Positions 1-7,467 of a stretch of DNA of 64,000 nucleotides are shown one piece after another. The position numbers and the translations under genes were made by a program. Each line of letters starts with the position of its first letter. The stretch's first letter is position 1. Below the pieces are notes generated by a model, which was given only the letters and a program-made list of their open reading frames with translations, did no database searches and was not told the origin of the DNA. Where the stretch lies: sequence record NC_021531.1. One strand, written 5' to 3'.

Positions 1-882
1 GATACCACGCTGGAAGCACGTATCAAAATTCAGCAAGAAGCGGTTAATGAAGCATTGCAAGCGAAGTACGACGTTGAGGGAACGCTTAAGCAAGCGCAGG
101 CGCATTTGTCTAGTCTGCAGCGTACCAAAACTGCGGTTGAGAACTTCAAGGTCTTAGAGGGGCGTTTAGAGTCTGCTCTGCGTCTTTACTCGAACAACCT
201 TGCTGTAAAAGAAGTCGAATCATTGAGGGATTCTCGCTGGGACCAATTCTCGATTGCTCGTGAACGTTATCGTTTAATGCAGCAGGAGTTGGATAAACTC
301 GCGGAACTCGAAAAAGAGCTGGAGCGTTTGTTAAAGCATCAGCACACGACCAAACTGATGGTGCAGAGTTTCTCTCCGGAGAAAGGTGTTCTGCGTCGTC
401 ACTTCTTTAACTCAATTGCACGTGTAACCGAGATGATGTCCAGCTACATCGAACATATCTGGGCGTACCCAATGCAAGTCTTGCCGTGTGATATGTCTGA
501 GGGTGACTTGGACTACCGTTTTCCGTACCGTTTAAAAGACAACGCGGAACCGGTGTTCGATATCTGCAAAGGTTCAGCCGCACAACGCGATATCTTCGAC
601 TTGACTTTCCGCTTAACGGCGTATCGTTGCTTAGGGTTGAAGCAATATCCGCTACTGTTGGATGAGCCGGGCGCAACATTCGACGAAGCTCACCGTAACG
701 AACTGGTAGACTTCTTGAAAATGCTGCTGCACTCAGACGAGTTCTCACAAATCATCGTAATCTCGCATAACTCCGAGGTTCACTCGAAGTTAGTCGGTGC
801 AGATTACTGCGTGCTGGAATCCGAAGGGATTACCCCGCCGCCTGTCTATAACCAAAACGTGAAGATAACGTACAATGACTAA
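1..882 (+). CDS. sbcC: SbcC/Rad50-like ABC ATPase, C-terminal part (gene begins upstream of the window)
   Basis: Frame is open from position 1. Coiled coil, then signature-like KGSAAQRDIFDL, Walker B/D-loop LLLDEPGATFD and H-loop IIVISHNS. Confidence 0.9.
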   Translation, partial: DTTLEARIKIQQEAVNEALQAKYDVEGTLKQAQAHLSSLQRTKTAVENFKVLEGRLESALRLYSNNLAVKEVESLRDSRWDQFSIARERYRLMQQELDKLAELEKELERLLKHQHTTKLMVQSFSPEKGVLRRHFFNSIARVTEMMSSYIEHIWAYPMQVLPCDMSEGDLDYRFPYRLKDNAEPVFDICKGSAAQRDIFDLTFRLTAYRCLGLKQYPLLLDEPGATFDEAHRNELVDFLKMLLHSDEFSQIIVISHNSEVHSKLVGADYCVLESEGITPPPVYNQNVKITYND

Positions 883-891
883 GGAGGTAAA

Positions 892-1233
892 ATGGGCGGA
901 ACAGCTGTAGTAGTTGTCACAGCAGCAGCGGCTAATGCGGCCGCTAGTGCATCGTTAGCTGCGAGTAATGCGGCCCTAGCCGCCAATAGCTTGAACCATT
1001 CAGGTGGGGACATTGGTGAAGGTGGCGAGATTGCGCTTGCGATAATTCTGATTATTGCAGTGTTGCTTATTGGCGTGTCGCAGATACGAGATTATAAATG
1101 GGAGCGTGACTTTTACAGCGGATACGACTCCCGTAAGTCCGAGGTGGCTAGCCGTCGAATGACGGCAACGGCGGCGGTAATGTGTTTCGTGTTAGCGGCG
1201 ATTTTAATTCTGGTTATAATGGCGGTGGCATAA
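892..1233 (+). CDS. hypothetical membrane protein with Ala-rich N-terminus
   Basis: RBS AAGGAGG before ATG. Low-complexity AAAANAAASASLAASNAALAAN and two hydrophobic segments. Confidence 0.75.
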   Translation: MGGTAVVVVTAAAANAAASASLAASNAALAANSLNHSGGDIGEGGEIALAIILIIAVLLIGVSQIRDYKWERDFYSGYDSRKSEVASRRMTATAAVMCFVLAAILILVIMAVA

Positions 1234-1302
1234 TGAACATCATGACTTTGATTGGCCGGGTTATTAAGGCGATCATACGTGCTATGTTTTCAAGGAAGAA
1301 AA

Positions 1303-1431
1303 ATGAAGAACGCAAAGAAAATTAAAAAGCTTACCTCGTCTCTCCCTCGCTTCATTGAAGAAGTCGGGGGTAAGAAACTCAGTAAGTGGCAGCGAGATTT
1401 GATTAAACGCTTCAAACGGAAAGAAAAATAA
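1303..1431 (+). CDS. small basic hypothetical protein (42 aa, not in ORF track)
   Basis: Manual translation MKNAKKIKKLTSSLPRFIEEVGGKKLSKWQRDLIKRFKRKEK. AGGAAG upstream. Fills the gap before a promoter. Confidence 0.5.
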   Translation: MKNAKKIKKLTSSLPRFIEEVGGKKLSKWQRDLIKRFKRKEK

Positions 1432-1435
1432 CTCA

Positions 1436-1455
1436 GATATATATCATCTTAGTGA
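1436..1455 (+). promoter_or_regulatory. putative early (virion RNAP) promoter
   Basis: GATATATATCATCTTAGTGA, a copy of the repeated intergenic motif resembling the phiKZ early consensus TATATTAC. Confidence 0.6.
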
Positions 1456-1479
1456 CTATCAATCCTTTTGGAGCTAATC

Positions 1480-2175
1480 ATGTCTTATCCGTTTTTACTT
1501 GAACTAGAACAAGAACTGTTCCCTAATTTGTCTGTGAAGAAAATGTGGGAGAGTGACTACGCACAGTTCTTTTCTATTGCTGCACACGGCGGGCCTGAAC
1601 GTTCGTGGGGGTTTTCTGCGGTTGATATTAAGATTCGTCTACGTGCTTTTGATGCGCTGTCAAAGTGGTGGAAACAATTCGGTTTAAGGGAGTGCTCTGC
1701 GGACCGTTGGGTTGCTACGTGGGACGAACACCGCTTTAAAGAAGCGTATGAAGAACAGCGAATGCATCAGCCGTTCGACATGCTCAGCTTCCTCACCGCG
1801 ATGGACAGATTAACCGGCAACGATTTAATTCGCTTCCAAGGTGCGATTCTTCCGGAGTGGGTGCTGTCGCCGTCGTACAATTATGTCGATGAGCCGACTA
1901 AGCTGTACCGAGCGATGCGTGACATCTGGTATGGCCCGCGTCCGAAAAGGGAATACTTGGACTTCGGTGACGCCGCTATTCGTTACGCATGGCATCAACA
2001 CCACTATTTCCCGTATCAGCCTGAGCCTGAACTCTGGATGTACGTGGCAATGAATGGTAAACCATCCTACGTTAAAGGCCGTTTGTATGCGTACAACAAG
2101 TATCGCGACGTAACGGTTCTCGAAGAAAAGTTCCTGAAAACTTTGGTGAACCTGAACATCACTAAACGAAAGTAA
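1480..2175 (+). CDS. hypothetical protein (aromatic-rich)
   Basis: Start moved to ATG 1480 because the track start TTG-GAG is the GGAG RBS. Confidence 0.8.
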   Translation: MSYPFLLELEQELFPNLSVKKMWESDYAQFFSIAAHGGPERSWGFSAVDIKIRLRAFDALSKWWKQFGLRECSADRWVATWDEHRFKEAYEEQRMHQPFDMLSFLTAMDRLTGNDLIRFQGAILPEWVLSPSYNYVDEPTKLYRAMRDIWYGPRPKREYLDFGDAAIRYAWHQHHYFPYQPEPELWMYVAMNGKPSYVKGRLYAYNKYRDVTVLEEKFLKTLVNLNITKRK

Positions 2176-2184
2176 GGGTTTTAC

Positions 2185-2307
2185 ATGGACGGCTGGAGTG
2201 CTGAATTAATTGGGAGCGGGATATTTCTCGCTCTCTCTTTTCTCTTTCTTTACATTATACACAGACGAGATAAGAAATCTCGAAGGGGTGCGAATGACAA
2301 ACCGTAA
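2185..2307 (+). CDS. small membrane protein (40 aa, not in ORF track)
   Basis: Manual translation MDGWSAELIGSGIFLALSFLFLYIIHRRDKKSRRGANDKP: one TM segment followed by a basic tail. Overlaps the next start. Confidence 0.5.
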   Translation: MDGWSAELIGSGIFLALSFLFLYIIHRRDKKSRRGANDKP

Positions 2308-2443
2308 AGCTATTTTCGCTATCGTTATTATCGTGGCGCTGCTAATGAAACAGTGGTGGCTTGTAATGCCGATGTTGGGCTTCGCGTTGGGTTATATTGC
2401 CCGTTCAGAAGTAGAACGTCAGCGTAAAGGTAAGCGGGTATGA
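2294..2443 (+). CDS. small membrane protein (49 aa)
   Basis: ATG 2294 after AAGGGG. Hydrophobic MTNRKAIFAIVIIVALLMKQWWLVMPMLGFALGYIA. Confidence 0.65.
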   Translation: MTNRKAIFAIVIIVALLMKQWWLVMPMLGFALGYIARSEVERQRKGKRV

Positions 2444-2742
2444 ACCCGCTTTTCACACCGGTGAAAGACCCGGCACTATTACCCGTCGTCGTTGAACGTC
2501 CGCAGCTGCTTTCTGCGGACTTTGACGGCGATACACCTTCCATGTCTCTGCGAAGTCCGTACGGTACTACGGGTGTCCGTCTTGCAGAGTTATTAGCTTC
2601 TACCATCCGTAGTGTCGCAGGTGCGTGGCGGAAAATGGTAACCAGTCCTGAATTTATTCGTGCAGTAAATATTGAACGGAAGCAACGCCGTTTGAAAAAC
2701 CAAAGACGTCGTCGCAAGTCTAAAGCGAACCGTAAAAAATAA
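2440..2742 (+). CDS. hypothetical protein with Arg/Lys-rich C-terminal tail
   Basis: ATGA overlap with the upstream stop. Ends ERKQRRLKNQRRRRKSKANRKK. Confidence 0.75.
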   Translation: MNPLFTPVKDPALLPVVVERPQLLSADFDGDTPSMSLRSPYGTTGVRLAELLASTIRSVAGAWRKMVTSPEFIRAVNIERKQRRLKNQRRRRKSKANRKK

Positions 2743-2785
2743 TACCGTAAAGACATATCTATCACTATACCGTGGAGCATTCAAA

Positions 2786-3673
2786 ATGAACGAACAAAAG
2801 AAAGTCACTTTGCCGGGTAGCATCTCTAACATCCCAACCACTAACTACGCCCGTGCTTACTCTATCGTCAGTACGTGGGCACATCACTACACACCTGATG
2901 AAATGAAACGCCTACTCATCGGCCGGGGTGTTGACATTAGCGATATCGATGTTGAGGCGATGCACAAAGTCTGCAGCGCTTCTCTGGAAGGTTTAACTGC
3001 ACCTGCAGGTGGCCTTGAAATCACCTACGAAGACGGCACGAAGGAATCACGTTCCGCATCGGCCTCGTTGATGCAACCTAAGACGCCGGAAGAACAGGAG
3101 AACGCGTGGATTGAACGTAAGCGTGGTTTGATTGTTGCGGCATTGGCACGCCATCAAGGGGATGTTGATAAACTTGCCGCTATTGATAAGTTAACCCAGC
3201 GTCTGTTTAGCAAAGATCGTACGGCTTCTGAGCACATGCGGGATATGCAAGAACTTGCGGATTTGTTGGGTGTTAACACGTTGAATGAAGACTCTGCGTG
3301 GGATGCTTTTAAATCAGAAGCACTGAAGGCGGTGCCCGGAATGCATCGTAACCCAACGCCTATTCGTTTGACTGGTGAAAGCGAATTCAGCCGCATCGGG
3401 GATTATGGAAATCGTGGTCAAGGTTTCCTGAATCCTTGGAACTTGCAAGAGAGGAGTGGTCCGGGTGATGAACGCTTTTCAATTCACATGAGCAACCCGC
3501 AGCTTGGGGATATTTTCGGCATCCCTAAACCAGCGCCTGCTCATGAGAGCCCGTATGGACATGTGTTCCGTACCTACAGCGATGACTACCTGCGTGAAGC
3601 GTCCATCAAACGTAAGGCGAAACGTATTAAGAATCAGCGTCGTCGTCGCAATGCGAAAGCACGGAGAAAATAA
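2786..3673 (+). CDS. hypothetical protein with Arg/Lys-rich C-terminal tail
   Basis: GGAG RBS. Ends KRKAKRIKNQRRRRNAKARRK. Confidence 0.85.
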   Translation: MNEQKKVTLPGSISNIPTTNYARAYSIVSTWAHHYTPDEMKRLLIGRGVDISDIDVEAMHKVCSASLEGLTAPAGGLEITYEDGTKESRSASASLMQPKTPEEQENAWIERKRGLIVAALARHQGDVDKLAAIDKLTQRLFSKDRTASEHMRDMQELADLLGVNTLNEDSAWDAFKSEALKAVPGMHRNPTPIRLTGESEFSRIGDYGNRGQGFLNPWNLQERSGPGDERFSIHMSNPQLGDIFGIPKPAPAHESPYGHVFRTYSDDYLREASIKRKAKRIKNQRRRRNAKARRK

Positions 3674-3855
3674 TGGAACAGGTATTTCAGTTACAACCGG
3701 TGCCGTTTATCGTACGCCCTCCTGAAGAACCAGAGCAGACGGTATTACGATACCGTACAAAAACGACCATTGCCGGTAAAGACTATCTCTTATACACCCC
3801 GGGTCCGCAAGACGAGACTTCCGAGCTGGTGAAGGTGAATCTAAATGACTGTTGA
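3673..3855 (+). CDS. hypothetical protein (60 aa)
   Basis: TAATG stop/start overlap. Confidence 0.65.
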   Translation: MEQVFQLQPVPFIVRPPEEPEQTVLRYRTKTTIAGKDYLLYTPGPQDETSELVKVNLNDC

Positions 3856-4033
3856 CGACATTCTGCTGTTTCAGAAGTTCCTCGGTGCGTTATGCATCGG
3901 GGTTGTTTTAGTTGTTGTTGCGTTAGCCGTTGCGGTTCTCGTCGACAAATACCGTAACCCTATTGTAGAGGAGGAATCCGATGAGTCAGCTGACGTGGCA
4001 CACGAAGCACGAGCATTACCACACTCTGAATAA
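3845..4033 (+). CDS. small single-pass membrane protein
   Basis: Hydrophobic FLGALCIGVVLVVVALAVAVLV followed by an acidic tail. Confidence 0.65.
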   Translation: MTVDDILLFQKFLGALCIGVVLVVVALAVAVLVDKYRNPIVEEESDESADVAHEARALPHSE

Positions 4034-4301
4034 CGAAATCGGCGAGTGGGCGAAAGTTAACGTGGGTCCGAACTGGGACTTAGAAACCACGTACACTTTT
4101 ATTTGGTTTGACGGTGAAGAGCATCTGTTCCGTGAAGATGTTCGTGAGAAGGTGATGAAAAAGATGGAAGGGCATCCGCCTATTCCTGAGAATCATCGCC
4201 GTCTCTATAACCTCTACCAGAACTACAATCACAATCCGGTGAAGACGTACTTCACGTACATCGACGTACCGGCCGAAGACTGTTATCAGAAAGAGCGTTA
4301 A
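3981..4301 (+). CDS. hypothetical protein
   Basis: Strong GAGGAGG RBS before ATG 3981. Confidence 0.7.
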   Translation: MSQLTWHTKHEHYHTLNNEIGEWAKVNVGPNWDLETTYTFIWFDGEEHLFREDVREKVMKKMEGHPPIPENHRRLYNLYQNYNHNPVKTYFTYIDVPAEDCYQKER

Positions 4302-4303
4302 TC

Positions 4304-4801
4304 ATGCCATCATTAAAGTTTCTCCGAGAGTCTGAAATCGGCGGGGATTTGTTCAACGCGCCTGAGACGTATAAAGTCGTTACGGTGAATCAGGTCGGTG
4401 CTATGGGTCGGGGCATAGCACTGGCGTGTAAAGAACGTTATCCCATTGTCTATCGGGAGTACCGTTGGGCATGTCGTGAGAAACTTTATTTCCCCGACGA
4501 TGTCATGGTGTTTGACGAGGAGAAGGTGATTCTCCTCGCGACCAAGCACGACTGGAAGGACCCATCTACCGTTGAAATAATTACGAGAGGGTTATATGGT
4601 TTGAGTCGCCAGTTGCCCACGTTAAACGCATCCGTTGCCCTTCCGCCATTAGGAATGGTTAATGGGTGGTTGAAGAAATCTCAGCGTGCTGAGGTTTTTT
4701 CTTTGCTGGTTGAACTTTTCTACAAACAGGATTGTACAGTGAGAATGTACCTTCCAGATGTTTTGTATGAGGAGGTACATGCAATGTACCATTCCAAATA
4801 G
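4304..4801 (+). CDS. macrodomain protein, DarG/Poa1p-type ADP-ribosylhydrolase
   Basis: VVTVNQVGAMGRGIALACKERYP, ATKHDWKDPS and VALPPLGMVNG match DarG-type macrodomain motifs. Confidence 0.82.
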   Translation: MPSLKFLRESEIGGDLFNAPETYKVVTVNQVGAMGRGIALACKERYPIVYREYRWACREKLYFPDDVMVFDEEKVILLATKHDWKDPSTVEIITRGLYGLSRQLPTLNASVALPPLGMVNGWLKKSQRAEVFSLLVELFYKQDCTVRMYLPDVLYEEVHAMYHSK

Positions 4802-4806
4802 GGATG

Positions 4807-4826
4807 GATATATATTCTCATTGTGG
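4807..4826 (+). promoter_or_regulatory. putative early promoter
   Basis: GATATATATTCTCATTGTGG, a variant of the repeated motif. Confidence 0.45.
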
Positions 4827-4955
4827 CTAATAGGTTAGCCCGAGAACGTCTAATAATTAATCTCCGCAGGAGGCAGACTTAAGAACACCACGCCATTGGG
4901 GTAGTTGCATTGGCTACAAACCAGCGTTCAACAATTCGCACGAGGATAACCTTAA

Positions 4956-5810
4956 ATGAAACGTTTATTTTTAGGCTTAGCAATCCTGCTTACAAGCCTG
5001 CATGCAATGTCGTCGACGTCCACCGGCTCCCACTGGGACCGTCATAAGCAGACTGTCGTTAAAGCCGCCAAGAAAGTTGGCGTATCTCCAAAGCTCGCTA
5101 CCGCTATCGCCAGTCGCGAATCAAACGGTAAAGCGAATGCTAAAAATCAATACTCGTCAGCATCCGGGCTGATGCAAGTTACGCGTCCTACTGGTAGAAC
5201 AATGTTGCGTAAGTACGGTAAAGAGTTAGGACTCCCGTCTAACGCAGACATCATGAACCCAAAGGTGAACGCGCTGTTAGGGACTGTCTATTTAAGAGAA
5301 GTCCGTCAGGAAATGAATCAACGCTTGGGCCGCCCAGCTCGGGACCACGAAGTGTATCTTGCATATCACTTCTCACCCTCAAAAGCTGAGCGAATTATTA
5401 AAGCGCGTCCTTCTAAACGTATGGTTGATATTTACCCCGCTGCCGCCCGTGGCAATAAAGCGTGGTATTATCACAAAGGTGGAAAAGCAAAATCCGCAGC
5501 CGATGTTATCAACATGGCGCGGGCAAAAGTCGGCAAAGAGTCGAAGTATGGTCACGAAGCTGTGTCAGTTGCCAAAGCACCGAAGGCAAAACCCGCGCCA
5601 ACCGCTACCGCGAGCATGGGTACTACCACACCTGTCTGTTTTGCAGATTTGCAATCAGAGTCGTCAGAGCCTCGTGAACACCCTTTAACGGCAAAAGGTA
5701 AGTTAGGCAGTAGCGTCATATCGCGCTGCCGCGATACCGCTGCCATGGACCCGGAGTTTGATACTGCCATGGTGCAGTTTTCCTTGAAAGATAATTATTT
5801 GCGCTATTAA
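4956..5810 (+). CDS. lytic transglycosylase (SLT, phiKZ gp144-like catalytic domain) with N-terminal signal peptide
   Basis: AIASRES (catalytic Glu), SSASGLMQV, NPKVNALLG and EVYLAYHF. N-terminus MKRLFLGLAILLTSLHA looks like a Sec signal. Confidence 0.88.
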   Translation: MKRLFLGLAILLTSLHAMSSTSTGSHWDRHKQTVVKAAKKVGVSPKLATAIASRESNGKANAKNQYSSASGLMQVTRPTGRTMLRKYGKELGLPSNADIMNPKVNALLGTVYLREVRQEMNQRLGRPARDHEVYLAYHFSPSKAERIIKARPSKRMVDIYPAAARGNKAWYYHKGGKAKSAADVINMARAKVGKESKYGHEAVSVAKAPKAKPAPTATASMGTTTPVCFADLQSESSEPREHPLTAKGKLGSSVISRCRDTAAMDPEFDTAMVQFSLKDNYLRY

Positions 5811-5823
5811 CTAGGAGCAGACG

Positions 5824-6297
5824 GTGAGAACGAAACAGCCAGCCTTTGTACGGCCAACGGGCGAGGCACTACGCCTGACCGCGAACCAGGCAGTAAGTCA
5901 GACATTGAAAAGTAACTTTGGCGTGAAGAGTACCTTCTATCGTGTGCACGATTGTCAGCACACCTTAGAGCGGGCATTAGAACGCCGTAACTTTGACTTT
6001 GACACAGCGTACGGATTACTCTATTTGATGGGTCACCGTCCACAGCTATTAGAAACAGCCGATGGTTTTGCGCTGCTTCTCCTCCCGTCTGCAAGTTATA
6101 ACCGCACCATCACTCTTGACGTCGCGATTCAGGAGGCTAAAGTGTATCTGGCCAGAACGCTGAAGCTCGAAGATGAAACGAAGTCGGTGGTGAAAATGTT
6201 GAGTGTGTTCGGTAACGGTATGACGATACTGCGTGACCCGAATCTCCCTCGTGAGAAATTCCTGCTTGAGTTTAAACGCAATGAAATCGCTGCTTGA
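5824..6297 (+). CDS. hypothetical protein
   Basis: GTG start after AGGAG. Confidence 0.7.
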   Translation: MRTKQPAFVRPTGEALRLTANQAVSQTLKSNFGVKSTFYRVHDCQHTLERALERRNFDFDTAYGLLYLMGHRPQLLETADGFALLLLPSASYNRTITLDVAIQEAKVYLARTLKLEDETKSVVKMLSVFGNGMTILRDPNLPREKFLLEFKRNEIAA

Positions 6298-6793
6298 GTT
6301 ACCCCGTTTTTACAATCAACCGGATAGCATGGAAATCCTAACCGTGACCATGCCGGTGATTGTAGAGGCGTGTCGTTTAGATGTGTCAATTGAACAGACC
6401 GGTGAGATGGCTCCAACAGTTGCCACCGCGTTTGACATTGATGCCTATCTTGATTCGCCTCACTTGGTTAAGCCGTACGAGATGCGAGTAGTGGTTGCAC
6501 CTGAACACGGGGCGATTTATCAGGTTCCTCAACCTGCGCCATTGTTCGGCGATGCGTTATCGTTTGATGTCATGCGTGCAACATGGTTCCGTCCAGGTGT
6601 TGGGATGAGTTATCGCAAGTGGGCTCTTGCGACGTGGGATGACAATGCAGACACAATCACTGTGTTAGCATCACTCATTGACTCACCACTCACGCCGGTA
6701 GACGTTGTGGTCAGCGATGTCGAAGGTCGAACTAACGCATGCATTATCACCCCTGATATTTGCTACGTACGCATCGACCCAAGCAAACAATAA
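6281..6793 (+). CDS. hypothetical protein (start uncertain, 6281 or 6329)
   Basis: ORF overlaps the upstream stop and ends just before a terminator. Confidence 0.7.
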   Translation: MKSLLELPRFYNQPDSMEILTVTMPVIVEACRLDVSIEQTGEMAPTVATAFDIDAYLDSPHLVKPYEMRVVVAPEHGAIYQVPQPAPLFGDALSFDVMRATWFRPGVGMSYRKWALATWDDNADTITVLASLIDSPLTPVDVVVSDVEGRTNACIITPDICYVRIDPSKQ

Positions 6794-6801
6794 AAAAGAA
6801 A

Positions 6802-6846
6802 CACCTCCGTACCCTTTTGGGGTACGGGGTGCTCTTTTATTTCTTT
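6802..6846. terminator. bidirectional intrinsic terminator
   Basis: CCGTACCC-TTTT-GGGGTACGG hairpin, A-run before and T-run after, between convergent genes. Confidence 0.8.
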
Positions 6847-7458
6847 TTATTTTTTGTCGCCGACGATTGCCAACAACTGTTCATTCAGCGCCGTGAGTTC
6901 GTCGTTGCGTTTCTTCGCTGACGCTAACTGCTCTTCGAGCGGGACGGCATCGCGAATATTCTTCTTACGCTTACTCTCCATTTCGATATGCTGGTCATTA
7001 TTAACCTGACCTTCATAGCGCATGGTGGAGATATACGGGACAGGTTTAATCCCTAACTTCGATTGGACGAAGTTTGAGAAGTCCCCGGTGAAGGCACCGA
7101 CATCAACATAGTCCGGCAGCAACGCCAAGTCTATCACCAACACATTACGGTTATACTTTAACCCGGTTAAACCCGGATACGAAGACAGATACGTATTGGG
7201 TACGTAACGTACTTCGCCGTCATTGGCCTTGAACACCAGTATCGAAGCATTTAACGCGGCATCTGCCTTGTAGTCTGCCTGAGTGATGTTATGGGGCGCG
7301 TAGTACGTCGAATAGACCGGCTTATTGTTGCGTTCAAGTTCCGGGAAGGTGCGTATCGCATCTAAGCGATAGATAACACCCTGCGGGAGCTCGAACGGTG
7401 AAAGGCAGACAAAGCTGCCCTCACAGTTGATAGGGGGCGTAAGTGGAGTACGCGCCAT
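6847..7458 (-). CDS. putative virion structural protein (phiKZ-like conserved)
   Basis: 203 aa, co-transcribed with the upstream 445-aa gene. Position between SbcC and RNase H is typical of this phage group (synteny from memory). Confidence 0.55.
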   Translation of the reverse strand: MARTPLTPPINCEGSFVCLSPFELPQGVIYRLDAIRTFPELERNNKPVYSTYYAPHNITQADYKADAALNASILVFKANDGEVRYVPNTYLSSYPGLTGLKYNRNVLVIDLALLPDYVDVGAFTGDFSNFVQSKLGIKPVPYISTMRYEGQVNNDQHIEMESKRKKNIRDAVPLEEQLASAKKRNDELTALNEQLLAIVGDKK

Positions 7459-7467
7459 TTATCCTCC

